Origin: an uncultured Chloroflexia bacterium
GTDB lineage: Bacteria > Chloroflexota > Limnocylindria > Limnocylindrales > CSP1-4
DNA: 64,000 nt
NCBI GenBank assembly: GCA_963775855.1
Contig: CAVZKO010000005.1
Span: forward strand, 367,846-431,845
Reading direction: 5' to 3'
A program made the translations under genes and the position numbers. Under the pieces are notes generated by a model. That model worked only from the letters and a program-made list of their open reading frames with translations, was not told where the DNA came from and ran no database searches. Below are positions 33,215 to 43,058 of the stretch, in pieces (position 1 is the first letter of the stretch; each line of letters begins with the position of its first letter).

Positions 33215-34743
33215 CGAAGCGGGACGGCGTCGTCGCCACTCGCCCGACGCCCGGAACGCCGCGTCCTTACGATTTCCCCGAAGTCGAGCGCTTCCACCTC
33301 GGAAACGGCCTCCGGGTCATCGTCGCGAACCTGCCCGGGCGTCCACTCGTCTCCGCGTCGCTGGTCCTGCGCAACGGCGCGTCCGACGAGCCGGCGGCGC
33401 ACGCCGGCGCGACCGTCCTCGCGGCCCGGGCCATGTCCGAGGGGACCCAGAACTTCGACGCGATCGCCCTCGTCGAGGCGAGCGAGCGACTTGGCGCATC
33501 GATCCACGCCGACGCCGGCTGGGACGCGATGAGCGTCAGCGTCGACGTCCCCGCCGCCAGGTTCGAGCCCGCACTCGAGCTGCTCGCGGAGATCGCGCTT
33601 CGGCCGAGGTTCCCGGCCGCTGAGGTCGAGCGGCTTCGGGACGAGCGCCTGAACGATCTGCTCCAGGCGAAGGCCGATCCGCGCCGCCGCGCGGATGAGG
33701 CATTTACGGCAACGATCTACGAGGCGGCGTCGCCCTACCACCGCCCGTCCGGCGGCACGCACGAGACTGTCCTGGAACTGACCCCCGCCCGCCTCCGCGC
33801 GGCGTACGAGCGGGGCATCGATCCAGCCCGCGCGGCGTTGATCGTGGGTGGTGACCTCGCCGGGATCGACGTCGGCGCCGTGGCGGAGCGGCTCCTCGGG
33901 GGTTGGGGCCCGGCGGTCGGGGCCGGCGCCACCGGCAAGATCGTCGACGCCGGCGCCGTCCGCCATCGGTTCGTCCGCGTCCTCCACCGGCCGGGTGCCG
34001 TGCAGACGGAGATCCGCATCGGCCATGTCGGGGTGCCGCGCCGGATCGATGACTTCCACGCCCTGTCGGTCATGGGCGCGATCCTCGGCGGGCTGTTCAA
34101 CTCACGGCTCAACATGAAGCTCCGCGAGGAGAAGGGCTACACGTACGGGGCGGGCGCGGGCTTCGATCTCCGCCGAGCCGCCGGGCCGTTTGCGGCGCGC
34201 GCCGCGGTGAACACGGAGGTGACGGTGCCGGCCGTCGCCGACTTCCTCGCTGAGCTGGACCGGATCCGCGATGCGCCCGTCGGCGATTCGGAGCTCCAGG
34301 CGGCCCGCGACTTTCTCGTGGGCGTCTTCCCGCTCCGATTCGAGACGCCGGGCCCGATCGTCGGGGCGTTGTCCGGGCTCGTCGTCCACGATCTGCCCGA
34401 GGATGAGCTCGCGCGCTACCGACCGGCTATAGAAGCTGTCACCGTCGAGGACGTGCTGGAAGCCGCGCGGTCACGGATCGACCCGGATCGCGCCGCGATT
34501 CTCCTGGTAGGCGACGCCGATGCGTTCGGGGCGGAGCTCGAGGCGGCCGGCTTCGGTCCGGTCACGCTCGAACGGGACAGCGGGCCCATCGAGGAGGGGA
34601 GGGACGCCGGCGCCGCCGCGGCGATCGGCCCGGTCGACGCCGGCCCGCAGGGGCCGACGGAGGGCGCCGAGGAACCAACGCCCGAGGGCTCCGGGGATCC
34701 CGTCGAGCCGCACACCTCGAGCGAGGACGACGACGACCGCTGA
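33211..34743 (+). CDS. M16-family peptidase homolog lacking the HxxEH motif (probable non-catalytic partner)
   Basis: ORF 33211..34743. ATGA overlap with the upstream gene. The position equivalent to HxxEH reads ATVLAARAMSEGT. Acidic C-terminal tail. Confidence 0.8.
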   Translation: MTKRDGVVATRPTPGTPRPYDFPEVERFHLGNGLRVIVANLPGRPLVSASLVLRNGASDEPAAHAGATVLAARAMSEGTQNFDAIALVEASERLGASIHADAGWDAMSVSVDVPAARFEPALELLAEIALRPRFPAAEVERLRDERLNDLLQAKADPRRRADEAFTATIYEAASPYHRPSGGTHETVLELTPARLRAAYERGIDPARAALIVGGDLAGIDVGAVAERLLGGWGPAVGAGATGKIVDAGAVRHRFVRVLHRPGAVQTEIRIGHVGVPRRIDDFHALSVMGAILGGLFNSRLNMKLREEKGYTYGAGAGFDLRRAAGPFAARAAVNTEVTVPAVADFLAELDRIRDAPVGDSELQAARDFLVGVFPLRFETPGPIVGALSGLVVHDLPEDELARYRPAIEAVTVEDVLEAARSRIDPDRAAILLVGDADAFGAELEAAGFGPVTLERDSGPIEEGRDAGAAAAIGPVDAGPQGPTEGAEEPTPEGSGDPVEPHTSSEDDDDR

Positions 34744-35136
34744 ACCGAGTTCCCAGCCCGAGGCGGGCTCAGCGACGGCCCAGGCGACCGGCACCGGCGG
34801 GCGGAACCGCCACGCTGGTCATTCTGGTCATCGTCGCGATCAACTTCCCGGTGCTGCGAGGCCTGCGCGCCGAACAGAGCAGAAGGAGGGGTTGACGGCA
34901 TCGGGATCGGGCGGAATCATCGTCCGTCCACGGTGCCCACGGGCACCAGAAGATAGTCCTGGGGGAATCCTAGTACTAGACGTAAGGTGGGCTGCAAGGT
35001 CACGCTGCGATAGTCGGCCATCCGATCGTCGCCGCCGGGGCCCAATACCGCTATCGGAGAATTTCGCTAGGGCGCGCGATGCACTTCTCTGATCTGCCCC
35101 GAATATGGCCGCCACGGACGTACTGGGACCCATGCG

Positions 35137-35707
35137 GTGCCTCACAAGAAGCATGCGCGCGGCCAGAGCGTCGTCGAGTTCGCCCTCGTGCTGCCGATCA
35201 TGGTCGTCCTGCTTCTGGCAATCGTCGACTTCGCGCGGATCTACACCACGATGATGACCGTCGAATCGGCCGCGCGCGAGGCGGCGGACTTCGGGACGAC
35301 GCTGGGGGCCGGCAAATGGGAGAACGGCGCGCTCGGCGTGCCGAGGGACGAGACCGTCTCAGAGATGAAGCGGCGGGCGTGCGTCGCCTCAAGCAGCCTG
35401 CCCGATTACGAAGATCCTGATGATCCCAGCACGGGCGCCTGCACCAACCCAGATGTTTCGAACAGATTGTACTGCATGACGGTGCCGGAGACGGGAATAT
35501 GCGGCCCCCCGGACGACAGCTGCGTGGACCCGCTCCGACCGGAACCCGTGCACTGTGACCGTCACGCTCACCTATGACTTCCACCTGTTCGCCCCCTTCA
35601 ACATCAGCATCGGGGGCAATCAGATCGGTCTGCCAGCGACGATCGAGGTCGTGCGAAACAGCACGTATGCGATGACCGACATCGACCTGGCGACTCCGGC
35701 GCCATGA
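35137..35707 (+). CDS. TadE-like pilus-assembly/pseudopilin protein (one frame break)
   Basis: ORF 35137..35577 (GTG start). GQSVVEFALVLPIMVVLLLAIVDFARIY is the TadE N-terminal motif. Break near 35545-35555. The C-terminus TVTVTLTYDFHLFAPFNISIGGNQIGLPATIEVVRNSTYAMTDIDLATPAP* ends at 35705-35707. Confidence 0.7.
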
Positions 35708-36178
35708 TCAGGCGATCTCGTGCCGATCGACGCGCCGGTCGCCGGCGTAGCCGAGGTCAGGCGCTCGTTGAATTCGCCCTCCTCGCTCCGGTGTTCTTCC
35801 TGGTCCTGTTCGCGATCATCGAAGCCGGACGCTTCATGTTCTATTACGAGGTCCTGAACAACGCGACGCGCGAGGGAGCACGGTACGCGATTGTCAACGG
35901 CGCCAACTCACTGGTGTGTCCAACAGGGCCCGCCGCCCCGGGCAGCATCCCGTGCGATACCGACGGCGGCGACGTCGAGCAGCGCGTGCGCGATGCGGCC
36001 TTCGGCGCCCTCGGCCTCGGAGTCGACGTCACGCTCGGACTGGACTAACCCGCCTGACAACAGTCGAGGCGCGACCGTCAAGGTGAGCGCCACATACACG
36101 TATACCAGCCTCGTGCCCATTGTCCCCTTGCCTGCAATCACCGTGGAAGCGGAGTCGAGCCTTGTCGTCAACAACTAG
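35704..36178 (+). CDS. TadE-like protein 2 (one frame break)
   Basis: ORF 35704..36048 (ATGA overlap). GQALVEFALLAPVFFLVLFAIIEAGRFMFYY motif. Break near 36035-36045. The tail DWTNPPDNSRGATVKVSATYTYTSLVPIVPLPAITVEAESSLVVNN* comes from the ORF 35891..36178 frame. Confidence 0.7.
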
Positions 36179-37632
36179 CAACCTATCGTCAACGAACAGC
36201 CGAGATACCGAACGAGGGCAAGATTCTCGTTCTCTTCGTCGGAGCCCTCTTTACGCTGTTCGTCATCGCCGCCCTGGCGTTTGACGTGGGCATGATGCTC
36301 GTGGAGCGGCGCGACCAGCAGAATGCGGCCGACGCCGCCGCCCTGGCCGGAGCTCGCTACGTCCTCACCGATCCGGGCCAGGCCGAGGCAGCAGCCCGCG
36401 CGATCGCGATCACAAACGGATTCGACGACGCCGATGCGAGTGAGGTCGTCAACGTCTACATCCCGGCGATTCACGGGCGGTACGCCGGCCTGCCCGGCTT
36501 CATCGAGGTCCAGATCGAAGGAGTCCGTCCATCGGTGTTCGGGGGGATCATCGGTCGGGCTCAATGGCCTGTCGGCGCCTACGCCGTGGCGACGAATGAT
36601 CAGAACCTGACGTTCCCGTTCTCGATGCTCGCCCTCGACCCAACGGCTTGCAAAGCGATCCACGTTGCAGGAACGGGTACAGTCCAGGCGTACGCCAACA
36701 TCCAGTCGAACTCGAGTGGGGCCGATTGCGACGGGGTCGGCTTCAGCCGGACCGGCGGCAGCACGATCGACGTGATCGCGGACGACGCGACGTGTCGGTC
36801 CGTGGGCGAGATCCAGGACGAGGGCAGCGGCTTCATGACGTGCGCGGAAGCTGAGAACTCGTTCGCCCTGCCGGACCCGCTGCGGAATCTCCCGGCTCCG
36901 GTCAAGCCAGCGCTGCCAACCCACGCGATGGTTCCGGTTGGGCACACCAATCCAATACCTGACAACTGCCCAGGCGCCACGCCGGCCGCGAAGGCGCCAT
37001 CGGAGACCACCCCCAAGCTCTGCAAGATTCCTTCCGGTGGCTCACCAGCGAACGTCGCGTGGATCCTGTACCCAGGACTCTATCCCGGGGGTCTGGAGAT
37101 CGATAAGAACAGGATCGTATACCTGATGCCCGGGATCTATTGGATCGGCGGAGGCGGGTTGAGCGTCAAGGGCGGCGCCTCCATCGTCACGATCGCAAGG
37201 GAAGCAGACGCGAACGCGAACGTGACCTTGGCCACCTGGGGTGGTGGCGTCCTTCTCTATAACTCCACGCTTCCCGTCGCTGGCGGCGCGGGCGGTGAGA
37301 TCCACCTGAACGGCAGTGGCGCGGTGATGAAGCTGAAGGCGTTCAACGTCCCGGCTGGCAATCCGCTCGATATCTACAACAACATCGTGATCTTCCAGGA
37401 CCGAACCGTTACGACGCCGGTCACGCTCAATGGTTCGGCCTCCGGGACCGAGGTCTCGGGCGTGATCTACGTGCCCGACGGCCAGGTCAAGCTCAACGGT
37501 AACGGCGGCACGCTGATCGTGGATCAGATCATCGCCGGCACGTACGACATCAACGGCAACGGAGGCACGATCCAGGTTCTTGCCAGGGTCGGCTTCGACT
37601 CGGTGATCATCGCCGCCGGGCTCGTCGACTAG
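36162..37632 (+). CDS. TadG-like pilus assembly protein (start uncertain)
   Basis: ORF 36286..37632. The in-frame upstream sequence KILVLFVGALFTLFVIAALAFDVGMMLVERRDQQNAADAAALAG is the TadG N-terminal motif but has no canonical start. TTG 36162 (7 nt after GGAG) opens ...RDTERGQ in another frame, which suggests a break near 36220. The C-terminal half has NG/GG-rich beta-helix-like repeats. Confidence 0.65.
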
Positions 37633-37747
37633 GGGCGGGAAGGGGAACTACGCCGAAGTTGTCAGTGGAGCAGTAGGCCTTCGCGCGCTCCTAGCCGGTA
37701 CCACTGGTTGACTGGCGCATCGGCGGCAACGCCCCGATGCTGCCTCC

Positions 37748-37969
37748 ATGTACACCCGCCTACTCTCCGCCGGACTCTGGTTCTTCGCCGCCGTCTACGC
37801 GGGGTCCATCCTCCATGGCGTCGCAGGCGTTCCCGAGTTCGTTGGTCCGCTCGTCGGCTTGACCACGGCCGGATTGATCGTCGCCGCCCAGTTGCATCGA
37901 CGCGCAGCGAGGCCGGCTGCGCTCGCTCCTGCAGGTCTTGCCACGGGAGCCGTGCCGACCCAAGTCTGA
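37748..37969 (+). CDS. Hypothetical small membrane protein (2 TM)
   Basis: ORF 37748..37969. LLSAGLWFFAAVYAGSILHGV and LVGLTTAGLIVAA hydrophobic segments. No recognisable family. Confidence 0.35.
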   Translation: MYTRLLSAGLWFFAAVYAGSILHGVAGVPEFVGPLVGLTTAGLIVAAQLHRRAARPAALAPAGLATGAVPTQV

Positions 37970-38055
37970 CCGGGACATCCGAGCCACCACGATCAGCCGG
38001 TCGCGCCAAGCGGCCGGCTTATTGATTCGGCGGGACGTGGGGTAGGCTGGCGGAC

Positions 38056-38700
38056 GTGATCGTCGTCATCGGCAGCCCGCACCTCCGGTTTCGCGCGTCG
38101 AAGCAGGAGGCGGCAGGTACGGCTGTCGGCGTTGGGGCGGCCGCGGCTGCGGCGGGGGCGAACGTCGAGCTCGTCGGCAAGATCGGCGACGATCCGGCTG
38201 GCGAGGTGGTGCTGCTCGACCTCGCGGCTCGGGGCATCGACCACGTTGCGATCCTGCGCGATCCGAGCCGTCCGACGCCCGAGACGACTAACCCCGATGT
38301 AGCGGACGCGGAGCTGTTCGACGAGCTGGCGGCTGAGCCAACGCCCGCGGACGCCCCTCCAGGGCCGACGCTCGAGCCGGCCGACATCGAACTCGCGCTC
38401 CGGTATCTGCCCGACTATCGCGTGCTCGTGGTCGCCGAGCCGCTGGCCCCCGCGGCCCTCGACGTCGTCCTCGCCGCGAGCCGCTGGAGCGGCGCGGCGC
38501 TCGTCATCGTCCTGGCCCATGGCGCAGATCCGGTCGATGTCCCGGACGCCACCATCCTGGAAGCCCCTGAGGGCGATCCCGACGACGCGTTCGCGTCGGT
38601 TGTCGGAGGCTACGCGGCGGCGCTCGACCGCGGCGAGGAACCGGCCGAAGCCTTCGCCACCGCGTCGACGGCGGGCGGCTGGGCGGCAGCCGCGGACTGA
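38056..38700 (+). CDS. Short, degenerate PfkB/ribokinase-like protein
   Basis: ORF 38056..38700 (GTG). VVIGS...GANVELVGKIGDDPAGE...LAARGIDHV resembles a PfkB N-terminus. The C-terminal DPDDAFASVVGGYAAAL sits where the DTxGAGD catalytic motif should be (no GAG). An acidic/Pro-rich insert is present. Confidence 0.45.
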   Translation: MIVVIGSPHLRFRASKQEAAGTAVGVGAAAAAAGANVELVGKIGDDPAGEVVLLDLAARGIDHVAILRDPSRPTPETTNPDVADAELFDELAAEPTPADAPPGPTLEPADIELALRYLPDYRVLVVAEPLAPAALDVVLAASRWSGAALVIVLAHGADPVDVPDATILEAPEGDPDDAFASVVGGYAAALDRGEEPAEAFATASTAGGWAAAAD

Positions 38701-38704
38701 TTCC

Positions 38705-39379
38705 TCAGGCGCCGAGCGGAACGACCAGCTCCGGGCCGTCGTTGCGGACGTTGTTGACGAGCTGGCTAACGGCGCGGACGGCCAGCTCCACGTCGTCGCG
38801 CGGTTCGAGCATCGCCAGCAGTTCGCCGGCGTCGGTGAGCGTGGGGTCGAGCCACGTCGCCCACTCCTCATCTGTCAGAACGACCGGCATTCGATTGTGG
38901 ATCGGTGCCATCGTCTCGTTCGGTGTCGTCGTCACGATCGTGAACGTGCGGCGGACCCGGTCGAGGGCCGGGTCCTTCCAGCCCGACCAGAGGCCGGCAA
39001 GGACCAGCGGCCGGCCGTCGGCGCGGCCGATCACGTACGGCTGGCGGATCGTCCCCTCGCGCCGCCACTCGTAGAACGATTCGACCGGCACAAGGCAGCG
39101 CTTGCGCAGCAGCGCATCGCGGAAGGCCGGACTCGAGGTCAGCGTCTCGGCTCGCGCGTTGATCATCCGGGACCCGATCTTGGCGCTCTCTGACCAATGC
39201 GGGATCAGGCCCCAGCGGTAGGCCTTGATCGCACGGCGGTCATCGCGCTGGACGACGACGAGGGCATCGTCCGTCGGGGCAACGTTGAACCGGGGACCCG
39301 GATCATCGTCAAGCGGCTCGGCGGCGAAGATTTCGGCGAGCTCCGAGGCTGGGCGTTGCTGGGTGAAGCGTCCACACAT
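38705..39379 (-). CDS. SOS-response-associated peptidase (SRAP/YedK family, abasic-site crosslinking)
   Basis: ORF 38705..39388. The internal ATG 39379 gives the obligatory MCGRF N-terminus. NVAPT, GLIPHW, NARAET, PVESFYEW and MPVVL motifs. Confidence 0.88.
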   Translation of the reverse strand: MCGRFTQQRPASELAEIFAAEPLDDDPGPRFNVAPTDDALVVVQRDDRRAIKAYRWGLIPHWSESAKIGSRMINARAETLTSSPAFRDALLRKRCLVPVESFYEWRREGTIRQPYVIGRADGRPLVLAGLWSGWKDPALDRVRRTFTIVTTTPNETMAPIHNRMPVVLTDEEWATWLDPTLTDAGELLAMLEPRDDVELAVRAVSQLVNNVRNDGPELVVPLGA

Positions 39380-39420
39380 TGCGGGCAAGTCTAGCCGTCG
39401 GTCCTGTATCGTCGGGTCAA

Positions 39421-40602
39421 ATGGACGGCCCCGCGACCCCCGACCGCCCGCGCGGCCTTGACGTCGATGGTCCTCTCAGCCGCGAGGAAGCACGGGCGCT
39501 CCTCGATCGGGGCGCGGAGCTCCTGACCGCGGGCGAATTCGCCGAAGCGTTCAAGCACTACCGGCGCGTCATCGGCTTCGACGACCCGGAGGTGACCGCA
39601 GCGGCCCTCCTCGGGGCGGCCCAGAGCCGGTTCCGGATGGACGATGAGGCCGGGGCGGTCGCGACCTGGGAGGCGATCCTCGAGCTGCCCGAGACGCCGA
39701 CAACCTACTACGCCTGGCGCGAGATCGCCGCGGCACGCGTCCGCGACGGCGATCTCCAGGGGGCGATCGCGGCATATCGCGAGGCCGACCGCCGCGCGCC
39801 GCTCGCCGACAAGCCGGAGATTGCGAACCGCCTCGGCTGGCTGGCAAAGGAGACCGGCAACGTCCGGGCATCGAGGCGGTACTTCGCCCGAGGGCGCGGC
39901 GGCGTCCTTCCTCTCGCGACGTACGCCATCCTCGGGATCACGATCGCCGTTTCGATGACGGCAATCCTCTCGAGCGACGGCGAGTTGATCTACGACGCCC
40001 TGGCGCTGCACAAGCGCTTCGTCGCCGACGGCGAATTCTGGCGCCTCTGGACGGTGACGCTCGTCCACGGCGGCGTACCGGAAGAGCCGCTGTTCGCGCT
40101 GATGCACCTCGGGTTCAACATGTACGCGCTCTACCTCACCGGGCCACTCGTCGAACAGATCTATGGACCGATCCGGATGGTCCTCTTCTATCTGGTCGCG
40201 ACCCTGGGCGGATCTCTCGCGTCGTTCGCCTTCGGCTCTGCCGAGGGCGGCGTTGGTGCGTCCGGCGCGATCTTCGGGATCTTTGGCGTCCTCTTTGTCG
40301 CCTCCAGGCTCCACCTGCCTATGCTTGACCGGCGCGGCATGGCCCTCCTCCGCCAGGTGGGCTCGCTGATCGTCATCAATATTCTCATCGGCTTCTCCCT
40401 CGGCTTCGTCGACAACGTCGCCCATCTCGGTGGCCTTGCGGCCGGCGTCCTGATGGCCGTTGCGTTCCCGCCGGGTGGCCTAGCGACGCGCGGCGGGGCG
40501 ACACGGTTCATCGGATCGCCGCTGGTGACGGTCGGGGCGGTCGCCGTGCTGATCGCCGCGTTCGCATGGTGCATGTCGATCGGGATCTCGGCTTGGGGCT
40601 AG
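39421..40602 (+). CDS. Rhomboid-family intramembrane serine protease with N-terminal TPR-like domain
   Basis: ORF 39379..40602, ATG 39421. Helical-repeat N-terminus. Rhomboid core with WRLWTVTLVHGG, HLGFNMYALY, GASGAIFG (catalytic Ser) and AHLGGLAAG (catalytic His). Confidence 0.8.
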   Translation: MDGPATPDRPRGLDVDGPLSREEARALLDRGAELLTAGEFAEAFKHYRRVIGFDDPEVTAAALLGAAQSRFRMDDEAGAVATWEAILELPETPTTYYAWREIAAARVRDGDLQGAIAAYREADRRAPLADKPEIANRLGWLAKETGNVRASRRYFARGRGGVLPLATYAILGITIAVSMTAILSSDGELIYDALALHKRFVADGEFWRLWTVTLVHGGVPEEPLFALMHLGFNMYALYLTGPLVEQIYGPIRMVLFYLVATLGGSLASFAFGSAEGGVGASGAIFGIFGVLFVASRLHLPMLDRRGMALLRQVGSLIVINILIGFSLGFVDNVAHLGGLAAGVLMAVAFPPGGLATRGGATRFIGSPLVTVGAVAVLIAAFAWCMSIGISAWG

Positions 40603-40617
40603 GCGGCTTCGGGCGCC

Positions 40618-42123
40618 TCAGCCGTCACGAAGAATGTCGATGACGGCGGTGACCGCGTTCCGAAGCCGTCGTGCTGCGTCCTCATCGATCTCATCGGCCA
40701 CGTCGTCGACCTTCTCCCGGAGCGCGCCGGCGGCTTCGGTCGCGCCATCCAGGTCGCCCTGCTCGAGCGCCGAGCGGACGTCGCCGGCGCGGCGTTCCAG
40801 CTCGTTCGCCTCCTTGCCCTTCAGACCGTCTGAGCCGCGCGCGGCCTGGATGGCTTCGTCGACCCCGTCGAGGGCGGCGAGGGCCTGTGCGGCGACCGAC
40901 ACGGTCGGAACCGGCGAGGGCGAAGGCGAGGGCGAGGGGGATGGGGAGGGCGAGGGGCTCGCCGATGGCGATGGGCTGGGACGGGCGGACGGGCTTGAGC
41001 TGGCGGCTGCGCCGCCGGGCGGGCCGGTCAGCGCGAGGCGTCCGCTGGCGATTGCGAGTCCGGCGAGGACCAGGACGGCCACGGCTGCCGCCGCCACGAG
41101 GCTCCGACCCCATTGGGACGGGCCGGCGACAGGCCGAACCGCGGACGGCGTGACGGGACTGGCCGCGGCCGGCGACGTTGCCGGCATCGTCGCAATTGGC
41201 ACGGCCGCGGTCGTGGCGTTCGGGTCTGAGGATCCGCGCCATGCCACTGAGGCGGCCAGTGCGCCGGCAGCGGGTCGCGCCCGGCTCCAGCGGCCGAGAG
41301 CCGCGGCGAGCGACCCGCCGAACGACAGCGCATCCGGCCGCCCAGCCGGATCGATGTCCAGCGCCGCGGCAATCGGCGCGTCGAACGCGGTGCCGAGGTC
41401 CGGCGCGACTGAGGAGACGAGCGGCGCAGGGCGCGATCCCGCGGCCACGAGATCCGCCACGGAATTGGCCAGGCGCGGCATCGAACCCGTCAGCCCCGCG
41501 AACGCGGCAACGCCGAGGGCATACACGTCGCTCGGCGCGCCAGCCGGGCCTCCGGCGAGAACGTCGGGAGCGAGGTAGGCCATCGTCCCGACGGCGGTAC
41601 CCGGCGCGGTCAGCTCGCTCACCTCCGCGGGGTCGTCGGAGCGCGCCAGCCCGAAGTCGGCGAGCTTCGCTCGATCGGTCGTGAGCATGATGTTCGATGG
41701 CTTGACGTCGCGGTGAACCACGCCCCGGGCGTGGAGGCCAGCGAGTCCGTCGGTGACCGAAATTAGGATCGGAATGAGGTCGTCGGGGGCGAGCCGTTGG
41801 GCACCGGCCAACCTGTCAGCGAGCGACCCACCCTGGCACAGCTCCATGACGAAAAACGGCTCTACGCCAGCCGCGGGATCGCCCGGATCGACGTCGAAGA
41901 CGGCGACGACGCCGGGATGCGCCGCCGCGGCAAGGGACCTCGCCTCACGCTCGAAACGGCCGGCCAGAACGGGATCCCCGGCATGATTCGGCAGCAGGAT
42001 CTTCACCGCGACGTCGCGGTCGAGCCGCTCGTCCCTGGCCCGGTGGACCGTCGCCATTCCGCCCGAACCGAGCGGTGCGACGATCCGATATCGGCCGGCG
42101 AGGAGGGCCCCGGGGGCTGGCAT
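40618..42123 (-). CDS. Ser/Thr protein kinase with TM segment and extracytoplasmic C-terminal domain
   Basis: ORF 40618..42123. GSGGMATVHRA...VAVK, HRDVKPSNIM, DFGLA, APD. A TM segment (LVAAAAVAVLVLAGLAIA), then an (SP)n linker (coding about 40910-40990) and a helical tail. Confidence 0.88.
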   Translation of the reverse strand: MPAPGALLAGRYRIVAPLGSGGMATVHRARDERLDRDVAVKILLPNHAGDPVLAGRFEREARSLAAAAHPGVVAVFDVDPGDPAAGVEPFFVMELCQGGSLADRLAGAQRLAPDDLIPILISVTDGLAGLHARGVVHRDVKPSNIMLTTDRAKLADFGLARSDDPAEVSELTAPGTAVGTMAYLAPDVLAGGPAGAPSDVYALGVAAFAGLTGSMPRLANSVADLVAAGSRPAPLVSSVAPDLGTAFDAPIAAALDIDPAGRPDALSFGGSLAAALGRWSRARPAAGALAASVAWRGSSDPNATTAAVPIATMPATSPAAASPVTPSAVRPVAGPSQWGRSLVAAAAVAVLVLAGLAIASGRLALTGPPGGAAASSSPSARPSPSPSASPSPSPSPSPSPSPSPVPTVSVAAQALAALDGVDEAIQAARGSDGLKGKEANELERRAGDVRSALEQGDLDGATEAAGALREKVDDVADEIDEDAARRLRNAVTAVIDILRDG

Positions 42124-42176
42124 ACGGCCGAGACTACTCGATGCGCTAGGATCGAGGGCCCCGCCCAGGAGTTCCA

Positions 42177-43058
42177 GTGTTCGCCACCCTGATCGGCGCC
42201 TATCCGGCCGCCCGCGAGCCTCAGCAAGAAGGGGAGGCGGTCCGCGACGTCGTCGAGGAGCTCACGGCCGTGGGGCTCGAGCCGATCAGCGACGGGCGCG
42301 GCGCGGAGCAAGCCGGGCGCCCCGACGACGCGGAGCGGATCGTGGCCGCGTGGCGGCACGCGGCTTCGTTGACGGATCGAGCGGTCAAGCAGGTGCTTGT
42401 CGGGCCCTACTCCCTTGCTGCCGGCGACGGCGCCGCCTCCGCCGCAATCGCCGAAGCGATTCGGGCGACCATCGAGGCACTTGCGGCTGCCGGCTGTCAG
42501 ATGATCGAGATCGAGGAACCGGCCGCCGTCGATATCGGCGACGACGCGGGCAGGCGGCGCCGATTCGGCGATTCGCTCCGGAACGCGACGGCGGGCCTCG
42601 GGGACAAGGTCCACCTGTCGCTCGTACTGACTGGAGGCAACGCCGACGGGATCGGGGCGGCGACGATTTACGATCTGCCGTTCTCGAGCTACGCGTTCGA
42701 TCTCATCGCGGGGCCCGAGAACTGGCGGCTCATCGCCGAAGCGCCGGCCGATCGCGGGATCGTCTGTGGAGCGCTCGACCCGTCCGCCGACGCGACGGAC
42801 AACCCGGAACTCCTGATCTGGGCCGCCCACTACGCGGCGTCGATCAAGGGCCGGGGCCTCGTCCGCGTCGGGCTCGCCAACGCGTCGAGCCTCGGCGGGC
42901 TGAGTCGCGAGCGGGCTCACGCGAAGGTCCAGGTTCTTGCGTCGGCGGCCCGGCTCGCTGCTACCGCCTCGCCTGACGAGCTGGCCGCCGCCGTCGATCC
43001 CAGGGCAGTCGATATCCGGTCCGCGGCCTTGGGCCGATACACGCCCAAGTCCAGGTGA
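42177..43058 (+). CDS. Cobalamin-independent methionine synthase (MetE C-terminal/UROD-like) family protein
   Basis: ORF 42177..43058. Weak by-eye resemblance (VGPYSLA, CQMIEIEEPA, SLVLTGGN, GALD). Not verified. Confidence 0.45.
   Translation: MFATLIGAYPAAREPQQEGEAVRDVVEELTAVGLEPISDGRGAEQAGRPDDAERIVAAWRHAASLTDRAVKQVLVGPYSLAAGDGAASAAIAEAIRATIEALAAAGCQMIEIEEPAAVDIGDDAGRRRRFGDSLRNATAGLGDKVHLSLVLTGGNADGIGAATIYDLPFSSYAFDLIAGPENWRLIAEAPADRGIVCGALDPSADATDNPELLIWAAHYAASIKGRGLVRVGLANASSLGGLSRERAHAKVQVLASAARLAATASPDELAAAVDPRAVDIRSAALGRYTPKSR

Noticed and set aside
37037-37047. An 11-nt match (GGCTCACCAGC) to the 3' end of tRNA-Lys. It could have marked the far att site of a 20-kb tRNA-integrated element.
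   Set aside because: The match is too short to be significant in GC-rich DNA. It lies inside the TadG-like coding sequence (GGSPANV). No integrase is present, and core genes (carAB, M16 peptidases) lie in between.
40905-40990. Hexanucleotide (GGCGAG)n-like tandem repeat; similar Pro/Ser/Thr-coding repeats at 29790-29890.
   Set aside because: These are coding low-complexity (SP)n / PSPT linkers inside the Ser/Thr kinase and CopC genes. They are not CRISPR arrays or intergenic satellites.
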